Source: Lentisphaerae bacterium GWF2_38_69
GTDB taxonomy: Bacteria > Verrucomicrobiota > Lentisphaeria > Victivallales > GWF2-38-69
Assembly: GCA_001803205.1 (NCBI GenBank)
Contig: MHBE01000031.1
Location: 15,238-79,237 of the forward strand
Length of the DNA stretch: 64,000 bases
Direction of reading: 5' to 3'
The translations under genes and the position numbers were made by a program. Positions 28,540-38,852 of this stretch are shown here, piece after piece (position 1 is the stretch's first letter; every line of letters starts with the position of its first letter). A model generated the notes under the pieces. That model was not told the DNA's origin, ran no database searches, and saw only the letters and a program-made list of their open reading frames with translations.

Positions 28540-30366
28540 ATGAAATCACTCAGATCATTTTTTGTCTTGATTGCACTTTTTAGCTTCTGCTGTATTGGTG
28601 CCCAAGCTGTAAATCTAAAAGTTGACAAAGCTACACCCGGCTGGACTGGAACAATTACTTTTCATGCCGATAAGGATGTAGATCTTGCCACAAGCCCGCT
28701 TACCTTCGATTTATCTAAGGGAACTACGGTATCGAGCGTATGGGGACTTGCAAATTCAAGTTTCAAACAGACTAACCAAACCGTATCGGTAACGACCTAT
28801 TCATGGTGGCCTGAAAACCAGGGCTATATATTAAAAGCCAATACCAAAGTTACTATTTCCTTTGGAGCAAATGCTGCAAGCTATACAATATACAATGTAA
28901 AAATTAACGGAGGAGGAATTGACCCGACTCCTGATATAACAGCACCAGTAGTAAACTTTATTAACCCCACAGATAAACAAATAATAGAGCAATCAACCCT
29001 GTCTCCCATTGACATAAAAATAACAGCTACTGACGATAGCGGAAGCGTAACTTCCACTATTACTGCAGGCGGAAAAACTTTTAACGGCACGACAGCCACT
29101 TTTACTCCAACTTCTTTCGGTTCTTACTCTATTGTCGCCAAAGCTACAGATCCAAGTGGAAATAAGACCAGTAAAACAATAACAATCACGGTATCAAAAA
29201 CTACAGAGCCAACTACTGACACTGGTAAGGTTTATTACCATTTGACTTTTCCTGTTTCCGTTAATGCAACTTCATCATTCATGCCTTTGAACGATAACTT
29301 CAAGGACTTGATTATGTCTAATTTTGTAGCTGGGGTATTATTGGGACATCTTATCAATCATGATTCTACTTACTACGCTCTTAAGTACAGCAAGGATTAT
29401 CTATATGGTTCATTGTTTGCTCAGCTGCTTCAGGAAGACCTTGATGCAAACATTTATTTAAAAACAACTGACTGGATTACTCCAAATGAATCCTACAGAA
29501 AAATTCTTTTGTCTCCCGGACAAGGCGGGCCTTATCAGCTCAATGACTACTCAAAGGCTCTAGAACACGGGTACGGGCTTATAAATTACGCAGTATTACA
29601 GAAATCACTTGGATATTCCGTTAAAGATCAGGGGGCAGCTCAGACAGCAAAGACAGGCCCTGACGCACTTGATAATAAATATTTCGGACCAATAGCTGCT
29701 GCTTATTTCCATTACAATGACCTTCTTAGGTTAGCATCAATCAATAAAGACCCATGGGGGCCTTCTGCTGCTTATTTCGCTGACTGCATGAAGAACTTCT
29801 CAACCTCTGACAACAGTCTTCTTGACATGGTGCTTAATGCTACTTATAACGCAGGTCCCTGGTCTGATATAAACACAGTTTTTATCAGAATCGGAGCTAA
29901 TATGAACAATTCAACCTATGCTGACAAGGTAGCTAATATAAATAACTACAGTCTGAATGACGCTCAGTATTCCGCCATTATAGGGCTCCAGGGAATGAAC
30001 GGAACTACATATATTCTGTATCCCAGGCAGATAAGGTTCTATCTGGACGAAATGTATAATAAAACAACGCTCTCAAAGAGCAGTTACACATTCCAGATGT
30101 CTCAGTTAAAGTTCGTTTTCAGCAAGTGCTACTCAACTCTTGCCTATGTTAACAGTAGCAAAAAGTATGTATTTATTAATCCTAATGACGCAGATAAGGC
30201 TTTCGATGATGCTCTGGTTTCATTAAAACTAACTGTAAACAGCAAACTCAATGTAAGCAATAAAAACGACAGGGATAAGATTTTTTCTGTCCTTGAGAAA
30301 GCTACAGCCAACCTTTCGGCCAATCTTCATATTGATTTTGGAAAGATAGTGACAACTGACCTATAA
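28540..30366 (+). CDS. Secreted multidomain protein: CBM2-like + Ig-like repeats + lysozyme/SLT(GH23)-like C-terminal domain
   Basis: Signal peptide MKSLRSFFVLIALFSFCCIGAQA. CBM2-like segment (PGWTGTITF...VWGLA...ISFGA...VKING). Ig-like repeats (ATDDSGSVTS / ATDPSGNKTS). SLT-like triad NES...GQGGPYQLN...ATYNAGPW. Strong SD aaaggag. Confidence 0.45.
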   Translation: MKSLRSFFVLIALFSFCCIGAQAVNLKVDKATPGWTGTITFHADKDVDLATSPLTFDLSKGTTVSSVWGLANSSFKQTNQTVSVTTYSWWPENQGYILKANTKVTISFGANAASYTIYNVKINGGGIDPTPDITAPVVNFINPTDKQIIEQSTLSPIDIKITATDDSGSVTSTITAGGKTFNGTTATFTPTSFGSYSIVAKATDPSGNKTSKTITITVSKTTEPTTDTGKVYYHLTFPVSVNATSSFMPLNDNFKDLIMSNFVAGVLLGHLINHDSTYYALKYSKDYLYGSLFAQLLQEDLDANIYLKTTDWITPNESYRKILLSPGQGGPYQLNDYSKALEHGYGLINYAVLQKSLGYSVKDQGAAQTAKTGPDALDNKYFGPIAAAYFHYNDLLRLASINKDPWGPSAAYFADCMKNFSTSDNSLLDMVLNATYNAGPWSDINTVFIRIGANMNNSTYADKVANINNYSLNDAQYSAIIGLQGMNGTTYILYPRQIRFYLDEMYNKTTLSKSSYTFQMSQLKFVFSKCYSTLAYVNSSKKYVFINPNDADKAFDDALVSLKLTVNSKLNVSNKNDRDKIFSVLEKATANLSANLHIDFGKIVTTDL

Positions 30367-30381
30367 TAAGGCGTAAATTTG

Positions 30382-30417
30382 GGCGGGCGGATTCAATCTT
30401 CCCGCCTTTTTTATTTT
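30382..30417 (+). terminator. Rho-independent terminator
   Basis: GC stem ggcggg (30382-30387) / cccgcc (30401-30406), followed by TTTTTTATTTT, 15 nt after the stop codon. Confidence 0.7.
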
Positions 30418-30546
30418 ATGAATACTGATTATGAACGAATATTCTGTTTGGTATTTTTCTGTGATCGCTCTGATAAGAGTGTATGAATCCTAAAAAAACT
30501 GTTTTAATTAAATTTCCAGGAAGTTACTGATAAGCCTTAATTGTAG

Positions 30547-32433
30547 CTATTTAAATAATTCCATAATACCTATGCTAATCCAGGGAACATAAGTTATTAA
30601 TATAAGTACCAGAAAGAAAAGCAGCAGAAAAGGAAGAACATAAAGCGCAATACGCATTAGAGGTTTATTGAATCTAAAGGCAGAGAGAAAGAGATTCATT
30701 CCCACTGGTGGAGTAAGATATCCTATTTGTAAGTTGACAATAAAGATTATTCCGAGATGAACAGGATTTATCCCGAATAGAGCAGATATTGGAAGAATAA
30801 GGGGCACGACTATTATCAATGCAGAATATATATCCATCAGACATCCTGCTAGGAGCAGAGCTATATTCAATGCTATAAGGAATTCCCATTTTGACCATGA
30901 TTGCTGTATAACCCATTGTGCGGCTTTGGCCGGAACCTGTGCGTCAACCAGATAGTTAGTCAATCCCATTGCAACACCCAGCACTATAAGAACTCCACCC
31001 ACAAGAACTGAACATTTTACAAGAAGCGCAAAAAGTTTTTTTATTCCTAAGTCTCTATATATGAGTACTTCTACAACAAGGGAATAAAGAACGGTTAATG
31101 CGGCGGCTTCGACTATTGTGCAAAATCCGCCGAAAATCCCTACAAGTGCTACTACCGGAATGAGCAGTTCCCATTTTGCCAGCCAAATTGATTTGATTAA
31201 CGCATCGGTCTTGAATGGTGTTATCTCGCTATTTCCAAGCTTCTTTCTCCCTTTCCATAAGCACATCATGCAGACTGGAAGTACAAGTAAAATTCCCGGT
31301 AATATACCAGCCTTGAATAAATCCAGTATAGAGATTTTTGCAATAACAGCGTACAATATCACAACTAGACTTGGAGGAAAAAGCAATCCAATACTGCCTG
31401 TAGCAGTGAGCAATCCGATTGAAAATTTCTCATCTGCTCCACTACTTAGTAGGACAGGAAGCAGTAGTCCTCCAAGCGCTAATATGGTAATTCCTGATGC
31501 CCCAGTAAATGTAGTAAAAAAAGCACAAAGCATTGTAACGGCCACAGCGACTCCTCCAGGAAACCATCCGAAAAGTGACTGAAATACTCTGATAAATCGT
31601 TCGCTGGCATTGCTTTCTGACAAGATAAAACCAGCTAATGTAAAGAGAGGAATTGTAGGGAAGACTGGAGACACTACTATTCTGTACATCTCTACAGGGA
31701 TTGCGGATGTCGTTACTCCGTCAGACCAGAAAAGAAGGAGTGCTGCACCTCCGATGAAGACAAAAATAGGAGCTCCGAGCGCAGCAGAAACTATCAGTAT
31801 GATTATTCCAATCAAAGCAAAACCAGACGGAGCCTCAGGGTAGATGATTGAAAGGAGAATTACACAAGGCAAACTAAGCGCTATTATTATTTTAGACCAG
31901 ATGCTCTTATTAGGAAAAGTTGTTATAAAAAGCAAAGCCATCAATCCAAAGCCTAAAGGCATAATGCTTTCGGCTATCCAGATGGGTATAAGTCCTCCAA
32001 CTTTAAGGGTATTTCCTAATTCAAAAAGACCGAAAGGTTCAAGCCAGTTTTCAATAAAACCCGGTATCAAGTGCCTAAAACTTTCTGAAATCCCCGGAGA
32101 TTCTGCAGTGATTAACTCTATCCCAGCTCCGCAGAGAGACCAGCAGACTGCAGCAGATAGAAATGAAGTCCAGTGTTCAGCAAAAACGCGAAGAAATTTT
32201 GGTAAAAATGTAAAGTCTCCTGCTATTCTTAGATGCTTATTGTCTCTCGCTGCCAGAACTGCTCCTAAAAGCCCGACCCATAAGGTCAGATGTTGCAAAA
32301 AATCAGCTACTCCTATTGTAGAATAACCGAAAAATAACCTTCCTGCCATTTCAGAGCAGGGGAGAAATGCCATCAGGAGCAGAAGCAGCGCGGCTATTGA
32401 GTTCCCTGTCCAGTTGAATATCTTTGGCAGCAT
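30547..32433 (-). CDS. TRAP transporter, fused small/large permease (DctQ-DctM fusion)
   Basis: 628 aa, highly hydrophobic. DctQ-like N-terminus, then a DctM-like 12-TM body (FTGASGITILALGG..., LTPPVGMNLF). Confidence 0.85.
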   Translation of the reverse strand: MLPKIFNWTGNSIAALLLLLMAFLPCSEMAGRLFFGYSTIGVADFLQHLTLWVGLLGAVLAARDNKHLRIAGDFTFLPKFLRVFAEHWTSFLSAAVCWSLCGAGIELITAESPGISESFRHLIPGFIENWLEPFGLFELGNTLKVGGLIPIWIAESIMPLGFGLMALLFITTFPNKSIWSKIIIALSLPCVILLSIIYPEAPSGFALIGIIILIVSAALGAPIFVFIGGAALLLFWSDGVTTSAIPVEMYRIVVSPVFPTIPLFTLAGFILSESNASERFIRVFQSLFGWFPGGVAVAVTMLCAFFTTFTGASGITILALGGLLLPVLLSSGADEKFSIGLLTATGSIGLLFPPSLVVILYAVIAKISILDLFKAGILPGILLVLPVCMMCLWKGRKKLGNSEITPFKTDALIKSIWLAKWELLIPVVALVGIFGGFCTIVEAAALTVLYSLVVEVLIYRDLGIKKLFALLVKCSVLVGGVLIVLGVAMGLTNYLVDAQVPAKAAQWVIQQSWSKWEFLIALNIALLLAGCLMDIYSALIIVVPLILPISALFGINPVHLGIIFIVNLQIGYLTPPVGMNLFLSAFRFNKPLMRIALYVLPFLLLFFLVLILITYVPWISIGIMELFK

Positions 32434-32444
32434 CGAATCAGAGG

Positions 32445-33458
32445 TTAATTTTTATCTTTATTTAGCTTGCGATATTCTTTTAGAGCGGCATTTACCTTGT
32501 CGAAGGTTCCCTTTGTGAAGCGGCGCCCGACAAAGAGGGGGATTCCGAACTTATCAATACTTTCCTGCCATAGAGCTGTTTCTTCTGGAGTAAGAATATT
32601 CACTTTCAGATTATGTTTTTTCATGACAGCAATTGCTTCATTTTCAAGTTTAATATCGTCTCCCCATATCCTGATGCCTGTATTCTGAGCGCTTTTTAGA
32701 AGTTTCGGCTTTAATTCATCAGGAATCTGGTTCCAGGCTTTCTCTGTAATCATGATTACACCCGGAAGAGACTGCCAACGGAGAGCGCACATATTCGGAG
32801 CCTGGTTGTACCATTGAAAACCAAGCGCTGCCTGCGGGGGAGCGGCAAAGGCTGTTATAAGACCTGTTTGCAAACTTGGAAGGAGGTCTGTCACACTAAG
32901 AGGAATAGGATTGAACCCTGCGTCTTTGAGCATTTGGAAATAGACAGGTTCGGAACCCCAGTAAAACAGTTTTTGTTTTTTCATGTCATCTGGAGTGCGA
33001 ACTTTGTCTTTTGAGAAAAAATGAACCCATCCTGCATTTGTCCAACAGAGAACCTTGAAGCCTTTTTTCTGAATTTCTTCATTGAAGAAAGGAGATAGTT
33101 TTTCTAGAACATATTCAAGCTCGTCATCGGTTTTAATATTGTTAGGAAAAGTCAGGGCTGTAACATCAGAGTAAAAATAGGCCACGCTTGAGGTGGCAAT
33201 CGCCGCTGCCTGAATCTGCCCGATACGCATTTTCCTTATAAGGTCGGGATCGTCTCCTGCTACACCGCCCGCATAAATCTGTATGACAATCTTGCCATTG
33301 CTTATGTCCTTCCAGTCCTGAGCCATTTGCAGAAGCTCTTTATGCCATTGCGAACCATCAGGGGCGACCGTGGCTAGTTTAATAGTCTGGGAATAAGTTG
33401 ATAATGAAAAGAAAAAAACAGACGACAACAGCAATAATAGAAGTTTCCTATAGATCAT
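32445..33458 (-). CDS. TRAP transporter substrate-binding protein (DctP/TatP-like)
   Basis: 337 aa with a signal peptide and DctP-family pattern. ATGA overlap with the upstream TPR lipoprotein gene. Confidence 0.85.
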   Translation of the reverse strand: MIYRKLLLLLLSSVFFFSLSTYSQTIKLATVAPDGSQWHKELLQMAQDWKDISNGKIVIQIYAGGVAGDDPDLIRKMRIGQIQAAAIATSSVAYFYSDVTALTFPNNIKTDDELEYVLEKLSPFFNEEIQKKGFKVLCWTNAGWVHFFSKDKVRTPDDMKKQKLFYWGSEPVYFQMLKDAGFNPIPLSVTDLLPSLQTGLITAFAAPPQAALGFQWYNQAPNMCALRWQSLPGVIMITEKAWNQIPDELKPKLLKSAQNTGIRIWGDDIKLENEAIAVMKKHNLKVNILTPEETALWQESIDKFGIPLFVGRRFTKGTFDKVNAALKEYRKLNKDKN

Positions 33459-34393
33459 TCTTTTACCTCCTCAAAGTCTATAAAAAGTAGTTCTTTTTGA
33501 GTTTGGAGCCATGCGGCTCTCTCTTGAGCGATTGTATTTACAAGGCGCCATTTCATAACTTCATTAGGATTAACAGCAAGAGCTTTGTTCAGCATCTCGT
33601 CGAAAAGCTTTATGTCTTGTCTTTTTACTGCTACAGACTCTGCATAAACGACATATGGATATGCGCGGTTTCCGTGAGTGTATGCTACGACTTCTTCCAG
33701 GTACTTTTTTGAATCAGCCATGTTTTCCTTTGTCGCATTTGGTTTTCTTGCTCCATAGGCTATGAAGAATTCGAGTATCGCTCCGTCCTTATAGTATCTG
33801 TCAAGTTCCATAGCTCTCTGCATTATGGCGACTGCTACAGGAAGCTCAGCAATATTTTCCATATTATTTATATTAGATGATATTCCGCCTGTCCATCCGG
33901 CTGCAGCCCAGTATAGAGCCGGAACATCTTCGACTGTTGTTTGGGCTAGAGTTAATTCTTTGTCAATCCTTACATTTCTGCTGAAATCAGGGTATTTGGA
34001 TTCTAATGCTGACAAGGCGTAATCTCTGCCTCTCAAACTCAGGTTTTGCGCTCTGTGAGACAAATGTTTTGACTGGGTATAATTTGTATTTTTGGTTATT
34101 TGAGCTAGTTGAGCCAGGTTCCCCTGGGCATAAGAGACATAACCTGTAGCGAGGATGATTTTAAGTTTGTTGTTGCAGGGATCCTGAGAGAGCATTACTT
34201 CCATAGTTTTGAGAGCTACTGGCATTGAGTCCCATATAAGTTCAGGATCATTTTCAGAATTTATTACATACAATGTTTTCTCATTTGAAAAGCCATTTTC
34301 CATTTGAGAGATAAATGTCTTTTTGATAATTGAACTGCAGGAAGTTAGAATCAATACCGATATTAAACTCAAGAACACAGGATATTTTTTCAT
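33455..34393 (-). CDS. TatT-like TPR lipoprotein (T-component of TPR-protein-associated TRAP transporters)
   Basis: Lipobox LILTSCSS and an all-helical 312-aa protein. The C-terminal YYKDGAILEFFIAYGA...YAESVAVKRQD..FDEMLNKAL matches my recollection of the TatT family. Lies first in the operon with the P and QM genes. Confidence 0.6.
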   Translation of the reverse strand: MKKYPVFLSLISVLILTSCSSIIKKTFISQMENGFSNEKTLYVINSENDPELIWDSMPVALKTMEVMLSQDPCNNKLKIILATGYVSYAQGNLAQLAQITKNTNYTQSKHLSHRAQNLSLRGRDYALSALESKYPDFSRNVRIDKELTLAQTTVEDVPALYWAAAGWTGGISSNINNMENIAELPVAVAIMQRAMELDRYYKDGAILEFFIAYGARKPNATKENMADSKKYLEEVVAYTHGNRAYPYVVYAESVAVKRQDIKLFDEMLNKALAVNPNEVMKWRLVNTIAQERAAWLQTQKELLFIDFEEVKE

Positions 34394-34672
34394 AAATTCG
34401 CTATTGGTTTAGAGGAGTTGAAATAAATAGTATTATAAGAAAAACGCTCTATTTTTACAATAACTCTTAAAGAAGAATTCTAGACAAAATTATAGGAACA
34501 ATGAAAGAGTAAATCTAAAGTGTTTGAGTTACAATTAAAGAAAAGAATTAGCTGGATAAACATTCGTTATAATCGTTATTATTATTTCTTATTGTCTTAT
34601 AATAAATTGAATGTTAATGTTTTAAGATTTTAAAATTTCATTAAGACAAACAAACAACTAATAGGTGAGAAA

Positions 34673-35071
34673 ATGTCAGAACAACTCATGGAGAAAGCAG
34701 ATACAGTGAGATTCGATAATTATAAAGTGATAAAGCCGGAAGACCTGAATCATTACGGATATTTATTCGGAGGCAAACTTTTGCAATGGGTGGATGAATT
34801 CTCATGGATTGCCGCGAGTATTGAATTTCCAAATCATAGTTTTGTTACATTGGAAATGGACAAAGTAGAATTCAGAAGAAGCGTCAGGCAAGGTGCGATC
34901 CTTCAATTCGCTATAGAAAAAATATATCAGGGTAGAGCTTCGGTGAAGTATCAGGTAAAAGTCTTTGTCAAAAATGATCCTGCTGAAAATCATCATGAAA
35001 TCTTCAGAACTAATGTTACTTTCGTTAGCGTTGATAGTAATCAGAAGATAAGGCCTATTTTTACTCATTAG
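34673..35071 (+). CDS. Acyl-CoA thioesterase (hotdog fold, YciA/BFIT-like)
   Basis: 132 aa with NHYGYLFGGKLLQWVDE...VTLEMDKVEFRRSV, the typical hotdog thioesterase motif. Confidence 0.8.
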   Translation: MSEQLMEKADTVRFDNYKVIKPEDLNHYGYLFGGKLLQWVDEFSWIAASIEFPNHSFVTLEMDKVEFRRSVRQGAILQFAIEKIYQGRASVKYQVKVFVKNDPAENHHEIFRTNVTFVSVDSNQKIRPIFTH

Positions 35072-35123
35072 ACTATAATGATAGAAGAATCTATTTTTTG
35101 ATTAAATGGGAGTTGTTTAATTC

Positions 35124-35658
35124 ATGATTAAAACTGCAATGTCAGTACCTACTCTTGTAGCTGTTACTTCTCTTGCGGTAGTTAATGCCGTTCTTTTTAC
35201 TTCAGCATTGCCTCTATTTATCTTTCTTCATACAGCCTGATGTATTTGGAAGATTCATAAGCGGTTTTGGTATTGCTTCAGGACTTGTTATTGGATTTAC
35301 TATGATAAATGATGTTTACGGACTGAAGAGAGCAAGAAAAGTTACAATTACAGGCTTTGTAATTGCTACTTCAATAGGAGCTCTCTATGCTACTATAACT
35401 CTTCTTTCGTTTGTAGCTGTTAATATGCTGCAAATGAGTATTTTCAGCTTTGGAATATCATCACATACTGACAAGGCAAGCGCATCATCGGTAATAACCT
35501 TTATTTTTATGATTATAACTTTTGCTGCAGTAAACTATATCGGATTAATAAAAATCAACATAAGCTACCTGATACCCATTACTGTTATATCTCTGTCTGC
35601 CATAGGCTTGGTATTGCAGAGAATTATCGCGAATAATAAGTCAATGTCGATGGATTAA
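35124..35658 (+). pseudogene. Possible degraded membrane-transporter (MFS-like) remnant, split over two frames
   Basis: ATG 35124 gives MIKTAMSVPTLVAVTSLAVVNAVLFTSALPLF..., which stops at about 35238. The next frame continues FGRFISGFGIASGLVIGFTMINDVYG, an MFS TM4-like motif. The total is far too short for an MFS protein. Confidence 0.3.
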
Positions 35659-35713
35659 AAATTACCGAGACTTGGATATCTTCGTATCTGCAAATTGTGT
35701 AAAACAATTATAT

Positions 35714-36310
35714 TTATCCGGCAAAAGAGGAAAACTCATCACAGTCAGGATCGTTGTTCCATTTATACTCCATAATTGAGGCTATTTCTTTTGCATTATG
35801 AGCGCCTTTGAGTTTTGCTATAAAAGCAAGAGCCATGTCAGTTCCTGCAGAAATGCCTGAGCTTGTGAAGATGTTTCCGTCTTCAACCCAACGGGCTTTT
35901 TTTATCCAGTTCACCTTGTTATTAAGAGATGCTGGAAAATCAAAGGCTCTTTTGTTTGATGTAGCTTTTCTGCCATCGAGAAGATTTGTTTTTGCGAGAA
36001 TAGCCGAACCGGTACAGACACTCAAAATATATTCAGCTTGTTTTCCGAGTTCCTGAATCATATCGATAAAACTTTTATTTTTTATTTCTTCTCTTGTACC
36101 CCAGCCTCCTGGAATAAAAAGAATATCAGTGCAGCCTAAAGCTTCATTAAGATTTCGTGTCTGAATTTGAAGATTATCTCTGTTTACGGTAAGTCCACCC
36201 TTAAGGCTGTAAAAGTTAATGGAAAAATCATCGACTTTGCCAAACGCTTCCACCGGCCCGAAAACATCGAGCGTTTCAAAATTCTCATAAAGAATAACAG
36301 ATATTCTCAT
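35714..36310 (-). CDS. DJ-1/PfpI-family protein
   Basis: 198 aa with nucleophile-elbow cysteine ILSVCTGSAILA and the IPGGWG motif. Confidence 0.85.
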   Translation of the reverse strand: MRISVILYENFETLDVFGPVEAFGKVDDFSINFYSLKGGLTVNRDNLQIQTRNLNEALGCTDILFIPGGWGTREEIKNKSFIDMIQELGKQAEYILSVCTGSAILAKTNLLDGRKATSNKRAFDFPASLNNKVNWIKKARWVEDGNIFTSSGISAGTDMALAFIAKLKGAHNAKEIASIMEYKWNNDPDCDEFSSFAG

Positions 36311-36319
36311 AGATAATTT

Positions 36320-37459
36320 TCATATATTTGAATATAAAGATTTTGTTATCTCTTCAGCAAGTTTCCATCCGCCAAGAGCGGTATTTGTAAGAATTACACT
36401 AGAAATGCCCTTGACTGGGTCAATGAAAAATTGATTGCCATAAACTCCGCCCCATTTTAATGTGCCACTGCTAAGAGGAGTTGCTGCAGCATTTGGATTT
36501 CTGACGATCGAAAAACCAGCGCTAAAACCAAGTCCTGGTCCGGCTGAAATCTCTTTGAGCTGAGAGACTGCATCACTCGTCATAAGATTTAATGATTCAT
36601 TATTCACGATAGGGCTGTTCCCGTTTCTTATAGCCTCAAGAAATACGATATAATCTTTTGCTGTACCTGCCATCCCTGCGCCTCCCGAAGGATAGGCATT
36701 TGGATTGGTAATTCTGTTTGGTGAATAGTGTATTAAGCCGTATCCCTCGAGTCTGACACTGTCCCTTGCTTTCATAGGGCGGGGTTGGTTGCCATTATCA
36801 GCATAAGGTTTGGACAATCTTAAGGATTTTTCTCTATCTACAAAAAAGAGTGTGTCTTTCATCCCGAGCAAATTAGTTACATACTTGGAAACTATTTCCG
36901 GCAGAGGAAGATTACATGCTTTTTCCAAAAGGTAACCAAAAACATCTGTAGCAAGCGAATAACCCCAGCTTGTACTGGGTTTGTAGATGAGCGGAACTTT
37001 TGCTATTCTCTTTAGGTTTTCTTCAATGGAGAGGACTGATTCATCCATACCGTCGGAAATTCCGTATGATGAATATGGTTCATTATCTGGAGTATTGAAG
37101 GAGTATGTAAGCCCTGCGGTATGTGTAAGAAGTTGCCAAACAGTGATATTTGCTTCAGTTCCGTCTGATAGTTTAGGCGCAAAATTTGGGAGATATATCC
37201 TTATATTATCATCAAGTCTAAGCTGCTTTCTTTCGACTGCTGCAAGAGCTGCGGCTAAAACGATAGGTTTCGTCATACTTGCCAGACGAAAAATTGTATT
37301 GGAATTCACAGCTGTACGAATCTCTCTGTCGGCAAAACCTTCATGAGCTTCAAATATTATTTCTCCGTGTCTGGCTATTAATACGCTTGTACCGACCAGA
37401 TTTCCTTTATTTATATGTTCCTTAATTATCGAGAAAAGAGTTTTGTTCCGGCAGTTCAT
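36320..37459 (-). CDS. Serine hydrolase, beta-lactamase/transpeptidase-like (class C/esterase family)
   Basis: 379 aa with the S-x-x-K motif (ASMTKPI), followed by a YS.. segment and the C-terminal WGGVYG motif. Confidence 0.85.
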   Translation of the reverse strand: MNCRNKTLFSIIKEHINKGNLVGTSVLIARHGEIIFEAHEGFADREIRTAVNSNTIFRLASMTKPIVLAAALAAVERKQLRLDDNIRIYLPNFAPKLSDGTEANITVWQLLTHTAGLTYSFNTPDNEPYSSYGISDGMDESVLSIEENLKRIAKVPLIYKPSTSWGYSLATDVFGYLLEKACNLPLPEIVSKYVTNLLGMKDTLFFVDREKSLRLSKPYADNGNQPRPMKARDSVRLEGYGLIHYSPNRITNPNAYPSGGAGMAGTAKDYIVFLEAIRNGNSPIVNNESLNLMTSDAVSQLKEISAGPGLGFSAGFSIVRNPNAAATPLSSGTLKWGGVYGNQFFIDPVKGISSVILTNTALGGWKLAEEITKSLYSNI

Positions 37460-38048
37460 ATCTACTCCATATTATAAGACACAATGCAAGAATTATATAA
37501 AAGAAATAATTCGATTACAATAGATTTAAGCTACGAAAGCTTAGAATTTAGTCCAATCGGCAATGGAGACTGAAACATATAATGCGCTCCAAGAACTGGA
37601 CAGGTATGATATGTGTAAAATTTCCCTGATATAATCAATAAAAAAATCAGGAGGACAAAATGAAGAGAACACTAAAACTGCATCAGTTTAGCATTAGGCA
37701 AAGAAGTTACCACTCATAGTACGGCAATTCAAAACTAAACACCTTTTCCTTTGTTCTCAGACATAATGAAGTAGTTGATTAGTTTGTTCGCAAAATACTC
37801 AAAATCCAAATAACTACACTCGAGACGAGTATGCTGCAATGTAGCACGGGTCTCCCACCTGTGTCAGTTTTCTGAATTGCTCGTGCTTTTGATTTATGCC
37901 GTGGATTATAGGTTGATTTGCTCAAAAATAACTGTATTGGCTCTGTCTGCCTTTAGAATTGAGTAAGGAGGAATGGATTAATTTCTTTATTCATGCTTAC
38001 GGAAGCATCCTATGTATATTTGGGAGTATAAACTTTTTTATCGTAGGT

Positions 38049-38735
38049 TTATAGATAATAGTGTCTTAAAGGATTGCTTGCCGAATCAAGTTCATATACT
38101 AAAGGTTTACCTGTCGGTATATTGAGGCTAGATATATCATTGTCTGAAACCTTATCCAGATGCTTGACCAGCGCTCTAAGTGTATTTCCATGTGCCGCAA
38201 TGATGACTTTTTTCCCTGATTTAATTTCTGGCAGAATAGAGTTTTTCCAGAAGGGGAGGAATCTTTCATAAGTATCTTTTAAGCACTCAGTCAAGGGAAT
38301 TTCTTCATTGGTCAGACTGGAATATTTAATGTCCTTTCCGGGATATCTTTTGTCGTCAGTTGTAAGGGGAGGAGGTCTGACACTGTAACTTCTTCGCCAT
38401 ATCTGAATTTGTTCATCTCCGAAATTCTCAGCAGTCTGGCTTTTATTTAATCCCTCAAGCGCTCCGTAGTGCCTTTCATTCAGCTTCCATGATTTTTCTA
38501 CATGGATCCACATTAGGTCCATTTCCTGCAATACTATCCAGAGTGTTCTTATCGCCCTTTTCAGAAAAGAAGTATAGGCTAAATCAAAACTAAAACCTTT
38601 TGCCTTTAGTGTTTTTCCTGCTTGATAAGCCTCAGAAATCCCTTTTGCAGCAAGGTCAACATCTTGCCAGCCTGTAAATCTGTTCTCTTCATTCCAAAGG
38701 CTCTCGCCATGTCTTATTAATACAAGCGTATTCAT
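38049..38735 (-). CDS. gpmA: 2,3-bisphosphoglycerate-dependent phosphoglycerate mutase
   Basis: [18 protein letters not shown]..., ERHYGAL and [10 protein letters not shown] motifs. Confidence 0.92.
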   Translation of the reverse strand: MNTLVLIRHGESLWNEENRFTGWQDVDLAAKGISEAYQAGKTLKAKGFSFDLAYTSFLKRAIRTLWIVLQEMDLMWIHVEKSWKLNERHYGALEGLNKSQTAENFGDEQIQIWRRSYSVRPPPLTTDDKRYPGKDIKYSSLTNEEIPLTECLKDTYERFLPFWKNSILPEIKSGKKVIIAAHGNTLRALVKHLDKVSDNDISSLNIPTGKPLVYELDSASNPLRHYYL

Positions 38736-38852
38736 ATTGAATTCCCGGTTAGTTGTTTATCTTTTTATCAAAATTATAAGGATAAAGGTTTTTGATTTTA
38801 TAACTTCTTAAGAGAAAAACTCAAAATCTAAAGTACAATTGGGAGCAGAGGC

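Noticed and set aside
31118-32326. Three long plus-strand ORFs (154, 77 and 160 aa) in the track
   Set aside because: They lie entirely antisense to the 628-aa TRAP permease gene. They translate to low-complexity Ser/Pro/Lys-rich sequence with no SD or recognisable motif. They are shadow ORFs of a codon-biased membrane gene.
37660-37719. 19-codon ORF MKRTLKLHQFSIRQRSYHS, whose first residues recall ribosomal protein bL34 (MKRT...)
   Set aside because: It is too short, and after four residues it diverges from the basic bL34 pattern. It has no rnpA context. I mention it only as a possible small peptide in the intergenic finding.
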